The notes beneath the pieces were generated by a model. The model had not been told where the DNA came from, did not search any database, and worked only from the letters and a program-made list of their open reading frames with translations. From assembly GCA_002269645.1 (NCBI GenBank), contig NIVC01000089.1, positions 62,001 to 126,000 on the forward strand: a stretch of 64,000 nt of DNA, read 5' to 3'. The position numbers were made by a program, and so were the translations under genes. This stretch comes from Macrostomum lignano. Lineage: Eukaryota. Within the stretch, counting starts at the first letter, position 1. Each line of letters begins with the position of its first letter. This document shows, in pieces, positions 1 through 12,850 of the stretch.

Positions 1-311
1 AACCGGCGAGAGGCATTACTGCCCATTCCGCCGACTCCCCTGAGCAGGCACACAAGCGCGCGGATACGTACACAGTCATACGCAGAGGCACAAACTCACA
101 CAGGAGTGTACAGCGGCCCTAACTTTATTTATCGTTAGGCATGTACACTTCACTGTGCCTTGGTGGTTAGTCATCAAAGGGCGTTTAACTGCACGAGCAG
201 AGCCAAGCCGAGATTCCAGTTTAGCCCGAAATGAATGCGACTGCACTTGGAATCGAGCCTGGGCCGCTGGCACATCAGAGCGCTGCGCCAGACCGCTAAG
301 CTACGGCCCCC
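1..311 (-). mobile_element. tRNA-derived SINE (5' head and body; 3' end runs off the window)
   Basis: Minus strand begins GGGGCCGTAGCTTAGCGGTCTGGCGCAGCGCTCTGATGTGCCAGCGGCCCAGGCTCGATTCC. It has an A box (TAGCTTAGCGG) and a B box (GGCTCGATTCC, 249-259) at tRNA-like spacing, no recognisable full cloverleaf, and a non-tRNA body after it. Confidence 0.6.
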
Positions 312-354
312 TTAGGTTTAATGTTAAAATTTTTTAGTCGTAGGGCTATATTGG

Positions 355-735
355 CGGTCAAATACTGGCAGTCAAAGGTCACTGGCAGTCAAATGTCCCT
401 GACAGTCAAATTTCACTGACAGTCAAAGGTCACTTGCAGTCAAAGGTCACTGACAGTCAAAGGTCACTGGCAGTCAAACATCACTGGCAGTCAAAGGTCA
501 CTGACAGTCAAAGGTCACTGACAGTCAAATGTCACTGACAGTCAAATTTCACTGACAGTCAAAGGTCACTGGCAGTGAAATGTCACTGACAGTCAAATGT
601 CACTGGCAGTCAAATGTCACTGACAGTCAAATGTCACTGGCAGTCAAAGGTCACTGACAGTCAAAGGTCACTGACAGTCAAAGGTCACTGACAGTCAAAG
701 GTCGCTGACAGTCAAATGTCACTGGCAGTCAAATT
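355..735. repeat. Minisatellite, ~20-bp unit (CAGTCAAAGGTCACTGA/G..), ~19 copies, intronic in iGluR gene
   Basis: Direct reading of tandem units. Confidence 0.95.
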
Positions 736-838
736 TCGAAGATCTCAGCGGAATGGACATGTCTGCTTGCCTTGATTTTCCCAAATCACCCCCACAGAAT
801 CTTCTACATCTATCTAGCAAAGAAAATTCTGTGCTCAC

Positions 839-3800
839 CGGCACAATGCGGCTGCTGGGGTCGAGCTTGTCCAGGGCCGTCGGGTAGGCCCTTAGCCTGG
901 CGTCCGAGAACCAGAATTCATCTCTGAAGCGGGCGAATGTTGGATCGGAGAAGTTCAACACGGTGAAGCCCGTGATGTTCACGCCGCCGTGAAGGAACAT
1001 CGTCTGGTTCACCTCGTTGATGTCCTTCAAATGTGATTTGTTTGCGGGTGGAAAAGCTTGACAGTTATTGAATTGAATTGTTATTTATTGATAGCAATAA
1101 CGATAGGGCCTCATAAAAGAGCGCCAACATGGATGTCAAAAGCGTTAAATTGGATGTCAGGGGTGATACGATGAAGGATGTCAGGGGTGATACCATGACG
1201 AATGTCAGGGGTGATACCATAAAGGATGTCAGGGGCGATACCATAAAGGATGTCAGGGGCGATACCATAATGGATGTCAGGGGCGATACCAGAACTGGAA
1301 GTCAGGGGCGATACCATAATGGATGTCAGGGGCGATACCATAATGGATGTCAGGGGCGATACCAGAACTGGATGTCAGGGGCGATACTAGAACTGGATGT
1401 CAGGGGCGATACCATAATGGATGTCAGGGGTGATACCATGAAGGATGTCAGGGGCGATACCATGAAGGATGTCAGGGGTGATACCATAAAGGATGTCAGG
1501 GGCGATACCAGAACTGGAAGTCAGGGGCGATACCATAATGGATGTCAGGGGCGATACCATAATAGATGTCAGGGGCGATACCAGAACTGGATGTCAGGGG
1601 CGATACTAGAACTGGATGTCAGGGGCGATACCATAAAGGATGTCAGGGGCGATACCATAATGGATGTCAGGGGCGATACCAGAACTGGAAGTCAGGGGCG
1701 ATACCATAATGGATGTCAGGGGCGATACCATAATGGATGTCAGGGGCGATACCAGAACTGGATGTCAGGGGCGATACTAGAACTGGATGTCAGGGGCGAT
1801 ACCATAATGGATGTCAGGGGTGATACCATGAAGGATGTCAGGGGCGATACCATGAAGGATGTCAGGGGCGATACCATGAAGGATGTCAGGGGTGATACCA
1901 TAAAGGATGTCAGGGGCGATACCATAAAGGATGTCAGGGGCAATACCATAAAGGATGTCAGGGGCGATACCATAATGGATGTCAGGGGCGATACCATAAA
2001 GGATGTCAGGGGCAATACCATAAAGGATGTCAGGGGCGATACCATAAAGGATGTCAGGGGCGATACCATGAAGGATGTCAGGGGTGATACCATGAAGGAT
2101 GTCAGGGGCGATACCAGAACTGGATGTCAGGGGCGATACCAGAACTGGATGTCAGGGGCGATACTAGAACTGGATGTCAGGGGCGATACCAGAACTGGAT
2201 GTCAGGGGCGATACCAGAACTGGATGTCAGGGGTGATACCATAATGGATGTCTGGGGCGATACCATAATGGATGTCAGGGGTGATACCATAAAGGATGTC
2301 AGGGGCGATACCATGAAGGATGTCAGGGGCGATACCATGAAGGATGTCAGGGGCGATACCATAAAGGATGTCAGGGGCGATACCATAAAGGATGTCAGGG
2401 GCGATACCATAATGGATGTCAGGGGTGATACCAAAATGGATGTCAGGGGCGATACCATAATGGATGTCAGGGGCGATACCATAATGGATGTCAGGGGTGA
2501 TACCAAAATGGATGTCAGGGGCGATACCATAATGGATGTCAGGGGCGATACCATAATGGATGTCAGGGGTGATACTAAAACTGGGTGACGTGATTACCGT
2601 AAGGAATTGCCCCCCCCCCTTAACGAGAGCGACACTCACGGATCCCATGATGAGGTAATGATAATCGAGCCGATTCCCTCGAATGGCCTTTATCTGCGGG
2701 ATCAATTATTGCATGATTGTAAATAATATAAATAATATTCATATTTTCTAGATGAGGTGTGGGGAAAATGGAGAAAATGGAGCATGGCCGAAACAAGAGG
2801 GAATAGAAGATGGGAGATGAAAGAAGAGGGGAGAGGCGAGAGATCGGATGAGAAAAAAGATAGAAGATAAGAGGAGAAGAGAGAGGAGGGGGGAGAGAAG
2901 AGAGAAGAAAAAGAGCAGAGAAGAGCCACAAGCCTTGAGCGGGCCGGATTGCTTTTGTGAAGTTTCAAAGGACCCGAGGGCCGGACAGAGAGGCTTCTCG
3001 GGCCGGAGTTTGCTGACCCCTGCTGCTCCAACTGATTAATCTCTGCTCACCTCATCGAAGATCCGCTGCTGCACTTCGCGGTCTTCCAAGTCCAAGAAGA
3101 CCCGCTTCAGCGTCTCCATCGATTTCTCGTTGATGTACCGCAGCACGGTGGCCGCGGCGCCGGGCCCGCCGTCGGTCAGATCGCGGATGTCGGCGCTGAT
3201 GGTGGACTCTTTGCCCTTGTAGCGTTCGAATATTTCGCGCAGTCGGAGCAGAGCTGCAGTTTGACGATAGGTTGAGTCAGTGCTGTTCTGGGGCAGTGGG
3301 GCACATACTGCCAGTGTTTACGTGTCTGCTTGTGTCACTCCCGTGTCTGCTTGTGTCACTCCCGTGTCTGCCTGTGTCACTACTGTCTGCTTGTGTCACT
3401 CCCGTGTCTGCCTGTGTCACTACTGTCTGCCTGTGTCCCTCCCGTGTCTGCCTGTGTCACTACTGTACCTGCTTGTGTCACTCTTGTATCTGCTTGTGTC
3501 ACTCGTTCGTTACACATTTATAAGCACTTAATTATATGTTTGTTTGTGTCACTACCTTAATTGTTCCAATAACTCCCTGTCCTGTTCTCGCCACTCCATT
3601 GTCTGTTTGTGTCACTCCCAATTATATATTTGCTTCACTCCCTTGTCCTCTTGTGTCACTCGCTGGTCACTCTGTTTTATCCTAGCTCCCAAAAACCTTC
3701 TCCACAGTCTCCACAAAGAGACACCGAGCCCTCCCTCACCGGACTTGGAGTCGTACAGGAAGAAGATTCGCTCCCACTTCTCGTGGTCGATGAGCTCCAC

Positions 3801-5204
3801 AACCGCCGGGGTGATGACCGGCCGCAGGCGGACAATGAATCGGCCCTGTGGCTGGCGGCGGTCGGCGATGCCGTTAAAAAGAGCCCGCCGGTGCAGGATT
3901 CGATCCGACGGCAGCTTGTCAACGAAACTAGTGGTGATGTAGGCAACCTCGAAGTAGTCGGTGATTGACAGCACCATGGGTATCGTCTTGTAGTGCACCG
4001 GCCCAAATATCACTATGGCACCGCGCGAGATCAGGCGGCAGACTGAGGGTGGCGTGGGGGTTGGGCGTCGATGGTTTGTCGATGGTGTACGATTAATATG
4101 GGGGAAAGGATAGGTTGAGGTAGATATTCAAAGGATATTTCTATACATGTATTCAGAGGAATTAGGTCAATAGTTAAATAGCTTACGCATATCATAGATA
4201 GAGGGGTAGATAGTGTATTGGAAGTAGTTATTAAATGGAGAGGTGGATAGTGTATAAGAAGTAAATAGTTAGATATAGAGGTAGATAATCGATGGAGAGG
4301 TAGATAATAAATTAAGAGGTAGATAATAACTGGAGAGGTGAATAGTAGATGGAGAAGTAGATAGTAGGTGGAAAGGTAGATAGTAGATGGAGAAGTAGAT
4401 AGTAGGTGGAGAGGTTGATAGTAGATGGAGAGGTGGATAGTAGATGGAGAGGTGGATAGTAGATGGAGAGGTGGATAGTAGATGGAGAGGTGGATAGTAG
4501 ATGGAGAAGTTGATAGTAGATGGAGAGGTGGATAGTAGATAGAGAAGTTTATAGTAGATGGAGAGGTGGATAGTAGATAGAGAAGTTTATAGTAGATGGA
4601 GAGGTGGATAGTAGATGGAGAGGTGGATAGTAGATGGAGAGGTAGATAGTAGATGGAGAGGTGGATAGTAGATGGAGAAGTAGATAGTAGACGGAGAAGT
4701 AGATAGTTGATGGAGAAGTAGATAGTAGATGGAGAAGTAGATAGTTGATGGAGAAGTAGATAGTAGATGGAGAGGTAGTCGAAGCTGGATAAGTTGATTC
4801 ACTCTTCAGTAGTAGGTAGAGAGGTAGACAGCAGCTGAGGAGCAGAGGGCGGTAGAGACTGAGGTTGCTGCAGAGGCGGCATCGAATGCTCCTGCCGGTC
4901 ACTCACTGGCGCTACTCATCTGAAACGAGTCCTCCAAATCCTCGACGTACTCCACGACCTTCTCGTATCGGTACAGCAGCGTCCCCTGCGGGTCGAACCA
5001 GCTGTTCAGCATTAGCTGATCGAAAGCAAAATCAAACGCGGCGTGGCTCGCCGACTCCTGGCTGTCCATCTGGAAGATGCCACCAATCAGGCAGGCCCGG
5101 CCGCAGTGCGCCAGCGTCAGGTCACCCAACGACGCGTCGGCAGTTTGAAGGCCGTCAACGGTGATCAGGGCCGCGCACAGCAGGGGGGCCAAGCGCAGCG
5201 GCAT
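839..5204 (-). CDS. Ionotropic glutamate receptor (AMPA/kainate-like), signal peptide and amino-terminal domain; 3'-partial
   Basis: Exons 5204-4907, 4042-3740, 3253-3051, 2693-2640 and 1024-839 join in phase via GT-AG. Product: MPLRLAPLLCAALITVDG (signal peptide)...IGGIF...SSAICRLISRGAIVIFG...LRPVITPAVVELIDHEKWERIFFLYDS...DYHYLIMGS..FLHGGVNITGF. These match AMPA-receptor ATD motifs (IGGLF, SRGVYAIFG, YHYII, HGGANVTGF). Confidence 0.88.
1128..2585. repeat. Minisatellite, 23-24-bp unit (GGATGTCAGGGGCGATACCATAA..), ~60 copies, iGluR intron
   Basis: Tandem units; explains the DVRGDTIK-type ORFs. Confidence 0.97.
3318..3505. repeat. Minisatellite, 20-21-bp unit (GTCTGCTTGTGTCACTCCCGT), iGluR intron
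   Basis: Tandem units read directly. Confidence 0.9.
4290..4775. repeat. Purine-rich minisatellite, ~19-bp unit (GAGAGGTGGATAGTAGATG), iGluR intron 1
   Basis: Tandem units read directly. Confidence 0.92.
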
Positions 5205-6067
5205 CGAGCTCGCTTTGAATTGAAAAACCTCTGTATGCGGAACGGAACTTCTAAGTATGGTTACAGAGTGCGCCTGCCTCTCCTCTGTCTTGGGCCTTCT
5301 TTATGCTGCTGCGTTGGCCCATGGGATCTGGGCAGAGGGGATCGGGTGTATAGGGATATCGGGATATTGGGTTGGAGGAGGCGGAGGCGGCCGCACAGAA
5401 GGGGAAAACGCGTAGGGGGTCCGCGTTTTGGGTTTGCAGATCTGCTCAGCTCCCCTGTCGGCTTGTCTTTTGCTTCATCGCGCTGTCCGTGGGGCAGAGA
5501 CGGGGAGACAGCCGGGAGAGAGTGCTGGAAGCGGTGCTCATCCCACGATGGCGAACGCTGCGTTCTCATTCTTTTTCGCTTCCTTCGCCCCGCAACGGGA
5601 GGGGTTCTGCTGCTCGCCCCCGGGGGACAGAGAGAAGGGGAGAGAGAAGAGATGCGGCACACAGACACACACTGCCGGAGCGGCTCTTCCAGCACCCAGA
5701 GCGGCTTTTGGAGTCCCAGATTCTCTGGCCTGCTCAACATCAATTCTAGCTCTCTCTCTTCATCCTGCATAAGCTGTGCAGCGGCCGTCGGCGCCCAGTG
5801 GTCCGCATCAGCGGCGCCCCCCCCCCAGTTACCCACTCACTTTTTCTGCCTCGACTGTCCGGAACCCCAGAATCCGGTGGAGACTCGCTCGACCCCATCA
5901 ACCCCAGCCCCCCCCCCCCCCTAACCAAGTAAAATCGATCGCAGTCCGAACCGCAGCTTTCGAGTTGTTAAAAAATACCAGAGTTACTACAGTATATGCA
6001 AGCATGCGATGAGGAAACTCTAGTAATGAATTTTATACTAATTGGACACGATATTTCCCCCAGATCT

Positions 6068-6305
6068 CTCTTCCTGCTTCTTGCCTATGCAGGTCGGCCT
6101 CTCCTTCCTGCTTCTTGCCTATGCAGGTCGGCCTCCCTTCCTGCTTCTTGCCTATGCAGGTCGGCCTCCCTTCCTGCTTCTTACCTATGCAGGTCGGCCT
6201 CCCTTCAGCTGCTTCTTGCCTATGCAGGTCGGCCTCCCTTCCTGCTTCTTGCCTATGCAGGTCGGCCTCCCTTCAGCTGCTTGTTGCCTATGCAGGTCGG
6301 CCTTC
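6068..6305. repeat. Minisatellite, 33-bp unit (TTCCTGCTTCTTGCCTATGCAGGTCGGCCTCCC), ~7 copies, upstream of iGluR
   Basis: Tandem units read directly. Confidence 0.93.
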
Positions 6306-9300
6306 CCTTTTGTGCTTCTAATTCAAGCTAGCAAAATGCCATGATACTCTACAGATTTTGTAAATGTACGAATTCGGAACTCAATATATGGTGTGCATTG
6401 CCTCGAAGCCTCAAAGATGCGATTGAGAAACCCCACACGTGTACCAACATCAGCTCCGTCGGGTCTGAAACTTGGTTTCTAGTAGGAATCTGCCTGAAAA
6501 AGAGAGAGGGGAGAAGAGAGGCAGGGAGGACAGCGCGCGGAGGATTCAGCAGCAGTACTCAAAAGCCCCCCCCCCAAGGGACAGCCGCCGCGAGCTCGCG
6601 GTGCTAAAATTCCTCTCCACCCCAACCGAGTCTCCTCTTTCACGACGACGCTGCAGTATTTCACATTTGCTAGCAAGCAGCCAATATTAGAGCCGAAGAA
6701 ATGTAGGAGAAAATATATTCACAGCAGAGGAATACGAGGGCTGGAATCGGATGCCGGGAGAGACAGGGGCGCACAGAATCGACGAGAAATGGCCCTAAGG
6801 ACTCCCCGCGGGGCGCTGACAGAGACGCAAAGTCAATTAGCTAGTGCAGTCATTTCCGATCACTCCGTCCGTCGCCAGACAGATAGACGGTAGAGGATTG
6901 TCATTGCGGGAGCTCATGCATGCTGGCACATGTACATTTGATCGAGCAGCCTGCGAACCATCTGCATGGCATCAGACTATAATAAAATCAAGAATTAAAA
7001 GCTAGCTATACGCCGATGCCGCTGGAAGATGTGTCCGAATTAATTTCAGACACTGATTACTCTGGGAGAAGCACATATGCATGGGCTTAAATCAGAATTT
7101 ATGAACGCGTATGCATGCATGAAACGTTGTTATTAGAAAGGCCGGGGTTATACATGTACCTGCATTTTTTCATGCAGTACATACATGACAGTGTGCAAGA
7201 AATGCCTCAGAATAAATGTAAGAATGGCTGAAAAGAATTAAACCATATGCAAACCATATTAAATTTTTTATAATATTAAGTTTCCATGCAGCAGACTGGC
7301 CGGCCGGATCTCCATCTCCCTATAGCTTCACTTGTACATACGAGTATAATGCAGACACAAGATATGCAGAAATTCGCGCATGTAAATACATGCATTGCAA
7401 TGTGAAAATTAAGAACGATGGTAAAATACTAACAACTATGAAAAATGCCTGCGACCTTAGAGCTGGTGCGACAAATCAGATTGTCTGACTTCATATAGTA
7501 ACTAGTGCGTTTTCAATTGAGTCAAGTTGCAAAGCTTAAACGTAAAGAAACAACAAATTCAAACAAAACGGAACAAATAATTTAAAAACATAAATTTTTA
7601 ACTGCAATGTGCAGGACGGGTCATTCTCAAAACTTTTTCCTTTTTTTGTGGGCAATTTTTTAAATGAGTGAAGAGTTTATTTTTTAAGAAAAAATGGTTA
7701 AAGTGCTTACAAGTGTTAGGAATATCATATTAAAAGCACAAGAAATTCTGGTTTTGCAAATCAATCGGCATTTGTTTATTTACGTAAAAAAACACCGCAC
7801 TTGTCTAAAAACTAGAGCTAGAATCAATAGGAAATAATGTTAAATTTATAAAAAAATATGTTGTAATGAAGTTAGAAATAACTTCAGTACAAATAACACT
7901 TTGAAATCGTGTTTTTTATATTAGTGTTTGTTATACTGTCAAATTTGATTACACTATACGGTTTTTAATTTAGATCGGCCAGCTCGATTTTTTGGTGATG
8001 GCAGTGGACGTGTATAACGCATATTATTTTTTCACTTGTTTCAGAAAGTTATCTTTAGTTCTAAGGAGACTTTTCAAACTGCGTTGTAACATTAACTAAG
8101 TATAGTCATTTGTGCAGTACTTTTCGTCTACCTTGTATAATAGTAATCAAACCGTTACTGCATTTAACTATTTAACATCTGTTAATTCAAAAATGTAAGA
8201 ATGCGCCTTACTAATTCATTAATCTTTATTAGTAAGAAATTACATCGTTTAAATGAGCAGAAGCCTCATGTAGTCTTTGTTGTTAATATTAACACAGGCA
8301 AAGAAAATGTGCCCGGTTTACGGTCGTGTATATGTTTTACAAGCAAAAAATATAAATTTTCACTGTTTTTATAAATAATTTATAAATGCATTAAAAACCT
8401 ACATCTTAAAGTGACGAATGGTATCTGGAAAAAACAATAAACAATAATAGTAACATTAATTTGTTTTTTTAAATTGAAAAGTAGTACAAACAGAAGTACA
8501 GCATATTTTTACGCACAATAGTTTCATGAAAATGATAACATATGAAAAAAGAAAAAAGAAAAAAGAGCAAAATTGCTTATGAAACTAAATGGAATAGTTA
8601 TTCCATTCCATAAATGCTATGTAGATCTCAAAAAATCTTTTACACATGTAATTAATATTCTAATCAAACATTATGTATATTTTCAAATAGTATAGTTTTG
8701 CATCAGTAACTTTCTTTTTAGTATATCTCTATTTAAAACCATACAAATTATGTACATATAAAGTTTACTTTTTCAAATTTTTATACCTTTTAATAATCGA
8801 ACTTTTTTGAAAAAGCACTAATACTATAAGGCACACTATTTTGTTTTAAATGTATCCAGCACCATCGACCCCACTTTTCTTGCTATAAATATAATCAAAA
8901 AATATAATGGAAACCAACTTCGGAATTGCCTGCAATTGCTGCTTTGGCTTGCCCTGGGCTTGTGCCTCATTTGAGTGTCTACTTTTTGTTCTGAAAATAA
9001 AAAGTCATTGCTCTTTATTTCATGGTCGTTTTGAATGTAAGATTATCCTAATAATATAATAGATATTTTGCTATTAAAGTCTTCATATAAACGATTCTTA
9101 GAGGACGAGAGTACATGCATATTCAAATGGCATGCAGATGCATCTAAATTATTATAACTTCAAAATTAGAAAATTATTTGTAAACTATATACACTACTTT
9201 TTCTGATACTAAAAACAGACATGACTTAAAATACAGTATAGAAATTTTAATATTGATAGACCTGGTTGCTCTGTTTTAATTTTTATAAGTTTAACTGTAC

Positions 9301-11400
9301 TAGCATACTTTGAACAAATAATTAGTTTAATGACAGCGATAAGTAATTCTGCGACCTTCAGCTATCAAAATTAATCTTTCTTCATTGAAACAAAAGAAAC
9401 AGAAAAAACTGGATGATAACAACATTAAAATATGTTGTAAATTTACAATATTACTTTACATGTATAACTACACAAGTGATGAATCACACATTATGTACAT
9501 TTATACCAAAAGTAACGACTTTTAACAGAAATAACTAAAAATGCTTCTAACCCCATATGTACTTTATTATTGTGTTAAGTTTCAGATCTGCAGTTTGCTC
9601 CAGGTCACCATGCTGAATTTCGGATTACAAAAATATGAGCATTTGTATACATTTTCTGTATTTTTTGCAATTTGTATTTCATACAAGCAATCCAAAAATA
9701 TAAAAAATGCTTAATTGTGCCATTGTTAGGAGTAGTTATTATTAATTTCGTGCATTTGAATCCTCCAGTTTCGTCAGAATGAATTTCGGATGACACCAAT
9801 TTCGTGGTAGGGAAAATTGACCTGTGTAAAGAATTTATTGATTTTCATAAAAACCTCTGCCGATTCTGTCCAGATACAATCATTAACGTGAGCATCTAAT
9901 GCTAAAGTTCTCTAAAAAACCAAAACTTCCCATTACTTTTTCCAACGAAAAAAGTAGGACATGTATAAGTGGTCCGTAAAAGCTTTTAATTCAGAGTTGT
10001 AAATTTCAGTGACAATATTTCCATGTCAAAAATACAGCAGCAAACACAATATCTCTACTTTCTGTACTCTGAAACGCATAAATTAGATAGTTATCTGCAA
10101 AAAGCATACGACCAAGTTGAGACAACAAATAAACATACTCTAAAAAGACTAAATAATGTGTAAAACTATAGTCAGTCAATCAGTGGAAAGTAATTTATCG
10201 ATAAAGATAAACTGCCGCCATTTGCTTATTTTCGCAACTTTTTGTAAAGCTTTATGTATACATCAAGCATTTCTTCCTAACGTACACATTATATTAATTT
10301 GCCTTCTGATTTTTCTTGACATTCTCAAAATCTCAGAAGTTTTATAAAGCTTTTCTTTGTTTTAACGTATTGACCATTTTTTTAGAATGACCCAGACAAA
10401 CAAACTAAATATAGACGTGGACGACGAACACAAACGCTCGTGCATGGTAGGCAGGAAACAGGCCCTACTGCGGTGTGATTATGACTGTAGTGTGTAAATA
10501 ACATCATAACATAATACCTATCTAAACAGCAGGTGTTTGAGGCATAGGCTTATTACAGTTTATTCAGCCGATTCAGGCAGTTCATGCAACTTGCCTAGAC
10601 TTTTTCCATCCTATTGAATCTAGGTTTTTCAGTAGGCCTATTATTACACAATATTCAATGCATCCATTAATCATTAGTTAGGCCAGGGTCTATCTTATTG
10701 CAAAGTATGCCTACTAGGCCTAGCCAACTGCCTACCTAGCAGTCCACTGGTCCAGCTTTTATAGCAGATTTAGGGACTCTAGTGTGAGTGAGTTTTAATA
10801 GGCATAGTGATTTTTAATATTTTTTATTTAATTTGATAAATCTTGCCTGATTAAAAAGATTCTTTAAGGCCCACTCAGGCTTAATTTTTTAAATTGGTCA
10901 AGCAAATAAAATTTAGGCCTACAAAGAGATTATTAGGGATTAGTTACAAATCAATTTCTTTTTTCCTTTTGAGTCTTATGATAGATATAAGCCACTGTCA
11001 AGATGTCCTATCCAGTGTATACCAGACTCCTGAGTTTTTGGGCTACAAGGAATGGTGTAGGACCAAGACCGCCACACACCAAGACCGCCACACTTGGGGG
11101 AGGAATTTGGCTCGCCATACAGTTACTGGATGGTGCTGGGGAGGGTAAGATGGGGAGAGCCAACAGGACAAGGCTGCAAGAGAGGAACCGGCCTTCAGAG
11201 TGGGTGGGTGATCCCTCCTCGTTTTTTCATTCAATTTGAATTGTAAAGAAACTATCAATCCTAAATAAACAGACTACTTTTAGTAGAAAGCTGTGAAAAA
11301 AGGCTCTTGACTTAACTGCATTCTTAATTCGCAGTTTCGAATGTGGTCTTTGAGTTTGTTGTCATTGTTATAATTTGTTATAATGTGAGCTTTCATGTGT

Positions 11401-11707
11401 TCTCTATCGCCGCGCTGGCCTGCCACATCCAAGTGATCTACTGCGCCATCGGCGACTCCAGCTCGCAGGCCATCTCATCTGCGCCGAGTTGTACTGCCCA
11501 CAGCCAGTGCAGGAGGTGCTGCTCACGCTGCAGGCACCCTACCGGCGAGGTCAAGCATGAACTCGGCGTTATGTCAACTGTCTGCTGGCTGACGCCGGCG
11601 CCCCGGACACTGCCGGTGGCGCGGCCTTTGTTCGCGCCCAAGCCATGAAGCGTGCCCTGTGACGCTGACTTTTACCATCATGACAGCGTATTTTGTTGTT
11701 GTTGTTG
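11401..11707 (+). mobile_element. 5'-truncated RTE-type LINE fragment (ORF2 C-terminus, 3'UTR and (TTG)n tail)
   Basis: Translates LYRRAGLPHPSDLLRHRRLQLAGHLICAE..YRRGQA*TRRYVNCLLADAG..MKRAL*, with the RRL.LAGH motif of RTE-clade ORF2 ends. (GTT)n tail; 10-bp TSD TTTCATGTGT at 11391-11400 and 11708-11717. Confidence 0.8.
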
Positions 11708-11814
11708 TTTCATGTGTGATTTGAGCATGTCCGATTGCCAATGCAAATATGCCAATCCGATCGAAGGCAGGCAGGCCAACATGCACATGTATTTAGAGGT
11801 TACCGGTCGGTGAA

Positions 11815-11995
11815 TAGGGATTCCAATCCCAGGATCCTGGGATCCCGGGATTGGGGCCAAAAATCCGGGATTTGAATCCCAGGATTTTTTTGGGGATCGA
11901 ATCCTGGGATTTTTAATCCCGGGATTTCAAAAGCACCGGGATTCTGGGATTTTGAATCCCGGGATTTCAACAGCATCGGGATTTTGGAATCCCTA
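11815..11995. mobile_element. hAT-type MITE (181 bp)
   Basis: Perfect 12-bp TIR TAGGGATTCCAA/TTGGAATCCCTA; internal (C)GGGAT/ATCCC repeats; 8-bp TSD TCGGTGAA/GTGGTGAA (6/8). Confidence 0.8.
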
Positions 11996-12589
11996 GTGGT
12001 GAATTGTGCAACCATACCGTTGTTATTACGTGTACATGTACAGGCTTCAATTCCTATAAAAACGACACTTAAGTAGCGATCTGTGATACATGTATGTACG
12101 AGCTGGGCCTCGATCGAGTTGTACGAGACCTGGTAAGCAGTTTTCATACTCACGTTTGAATCACTCAATCACTAACTCACTCACTCTCTCTGCACCCTCT
12201 ACATGTGTATCTGTATCTCACTCGCTCACTCACTCACTTGCACACTGATCACTCACTCAAAAGTTACTGTGATCTCTCTTAATGCAATAAAAATGTATAT
12301 GGCACGAAAATGCATGTACATCACATGTACATGTAATTGTTTACTTTGATTTCGGATGTTCTCCCTGTTCATTAAAAAATACATTCTAAAACTATTTGTA
12401 ACGAATAAATAGCTACAATTGTACATCCGTACATCACATTGGGTACCAGTGTACTGTGAATGTACATGCAGTTCTGATCTATACCATACAACAGACGGAC
12501 AGTATATCGCTACACTTGCTTTTAATTTACCATGCGATTGACAATGATCGACCTGGTTAAAGAGAATGAGAATTAGAGAATTAGAGAGA

Positions 12590-12603
12590 ATGAGTTAGAG
12601 AGT

Positions 12604-12639
<36 letters not shown>

Positions 12640-12850
12640 AAGCGAGAATATAGGAGTGAGTGTGAGAGAGTGAGTGAGTGAGGGAGAGTGAGTGTAGGAG
12701 TGAGTGTGAGAAAGTGTGTGAGTGAGTGAGTGAGTGAGTGAATGAGTGAGTGAGTGAGTGAGTGAGTGAGAGTAAGAGTGAGTGAGAGTGAGTGTCAGTG
12801 TGGGAGTGGGTGTGAAATGAGAGACAGAGAGAGTGAGTGAGAGAGATCAA
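12590..12850. repeat. (GA)n/(GAGT)n microsatellite
   Basis: Direct reading. Confidence 0.9.

Noticed and set aside
1129-2588. Long ORFs (371 aa etc.) with DVRGDT repeats containing RGD-like motifs
   Set aside because: Translations of an intronic 24-bp minisatellite inside the iGluR gene; open on both strands.
6900-11000. AT-rich spacer with short ORFs and TACATGTA/TAGGCCTA motifs
   Set aside because: No coding, TIR or TSD structure could be supported; such palindromic motifs are common low-complexity features of invertebrate non-coding DNA.
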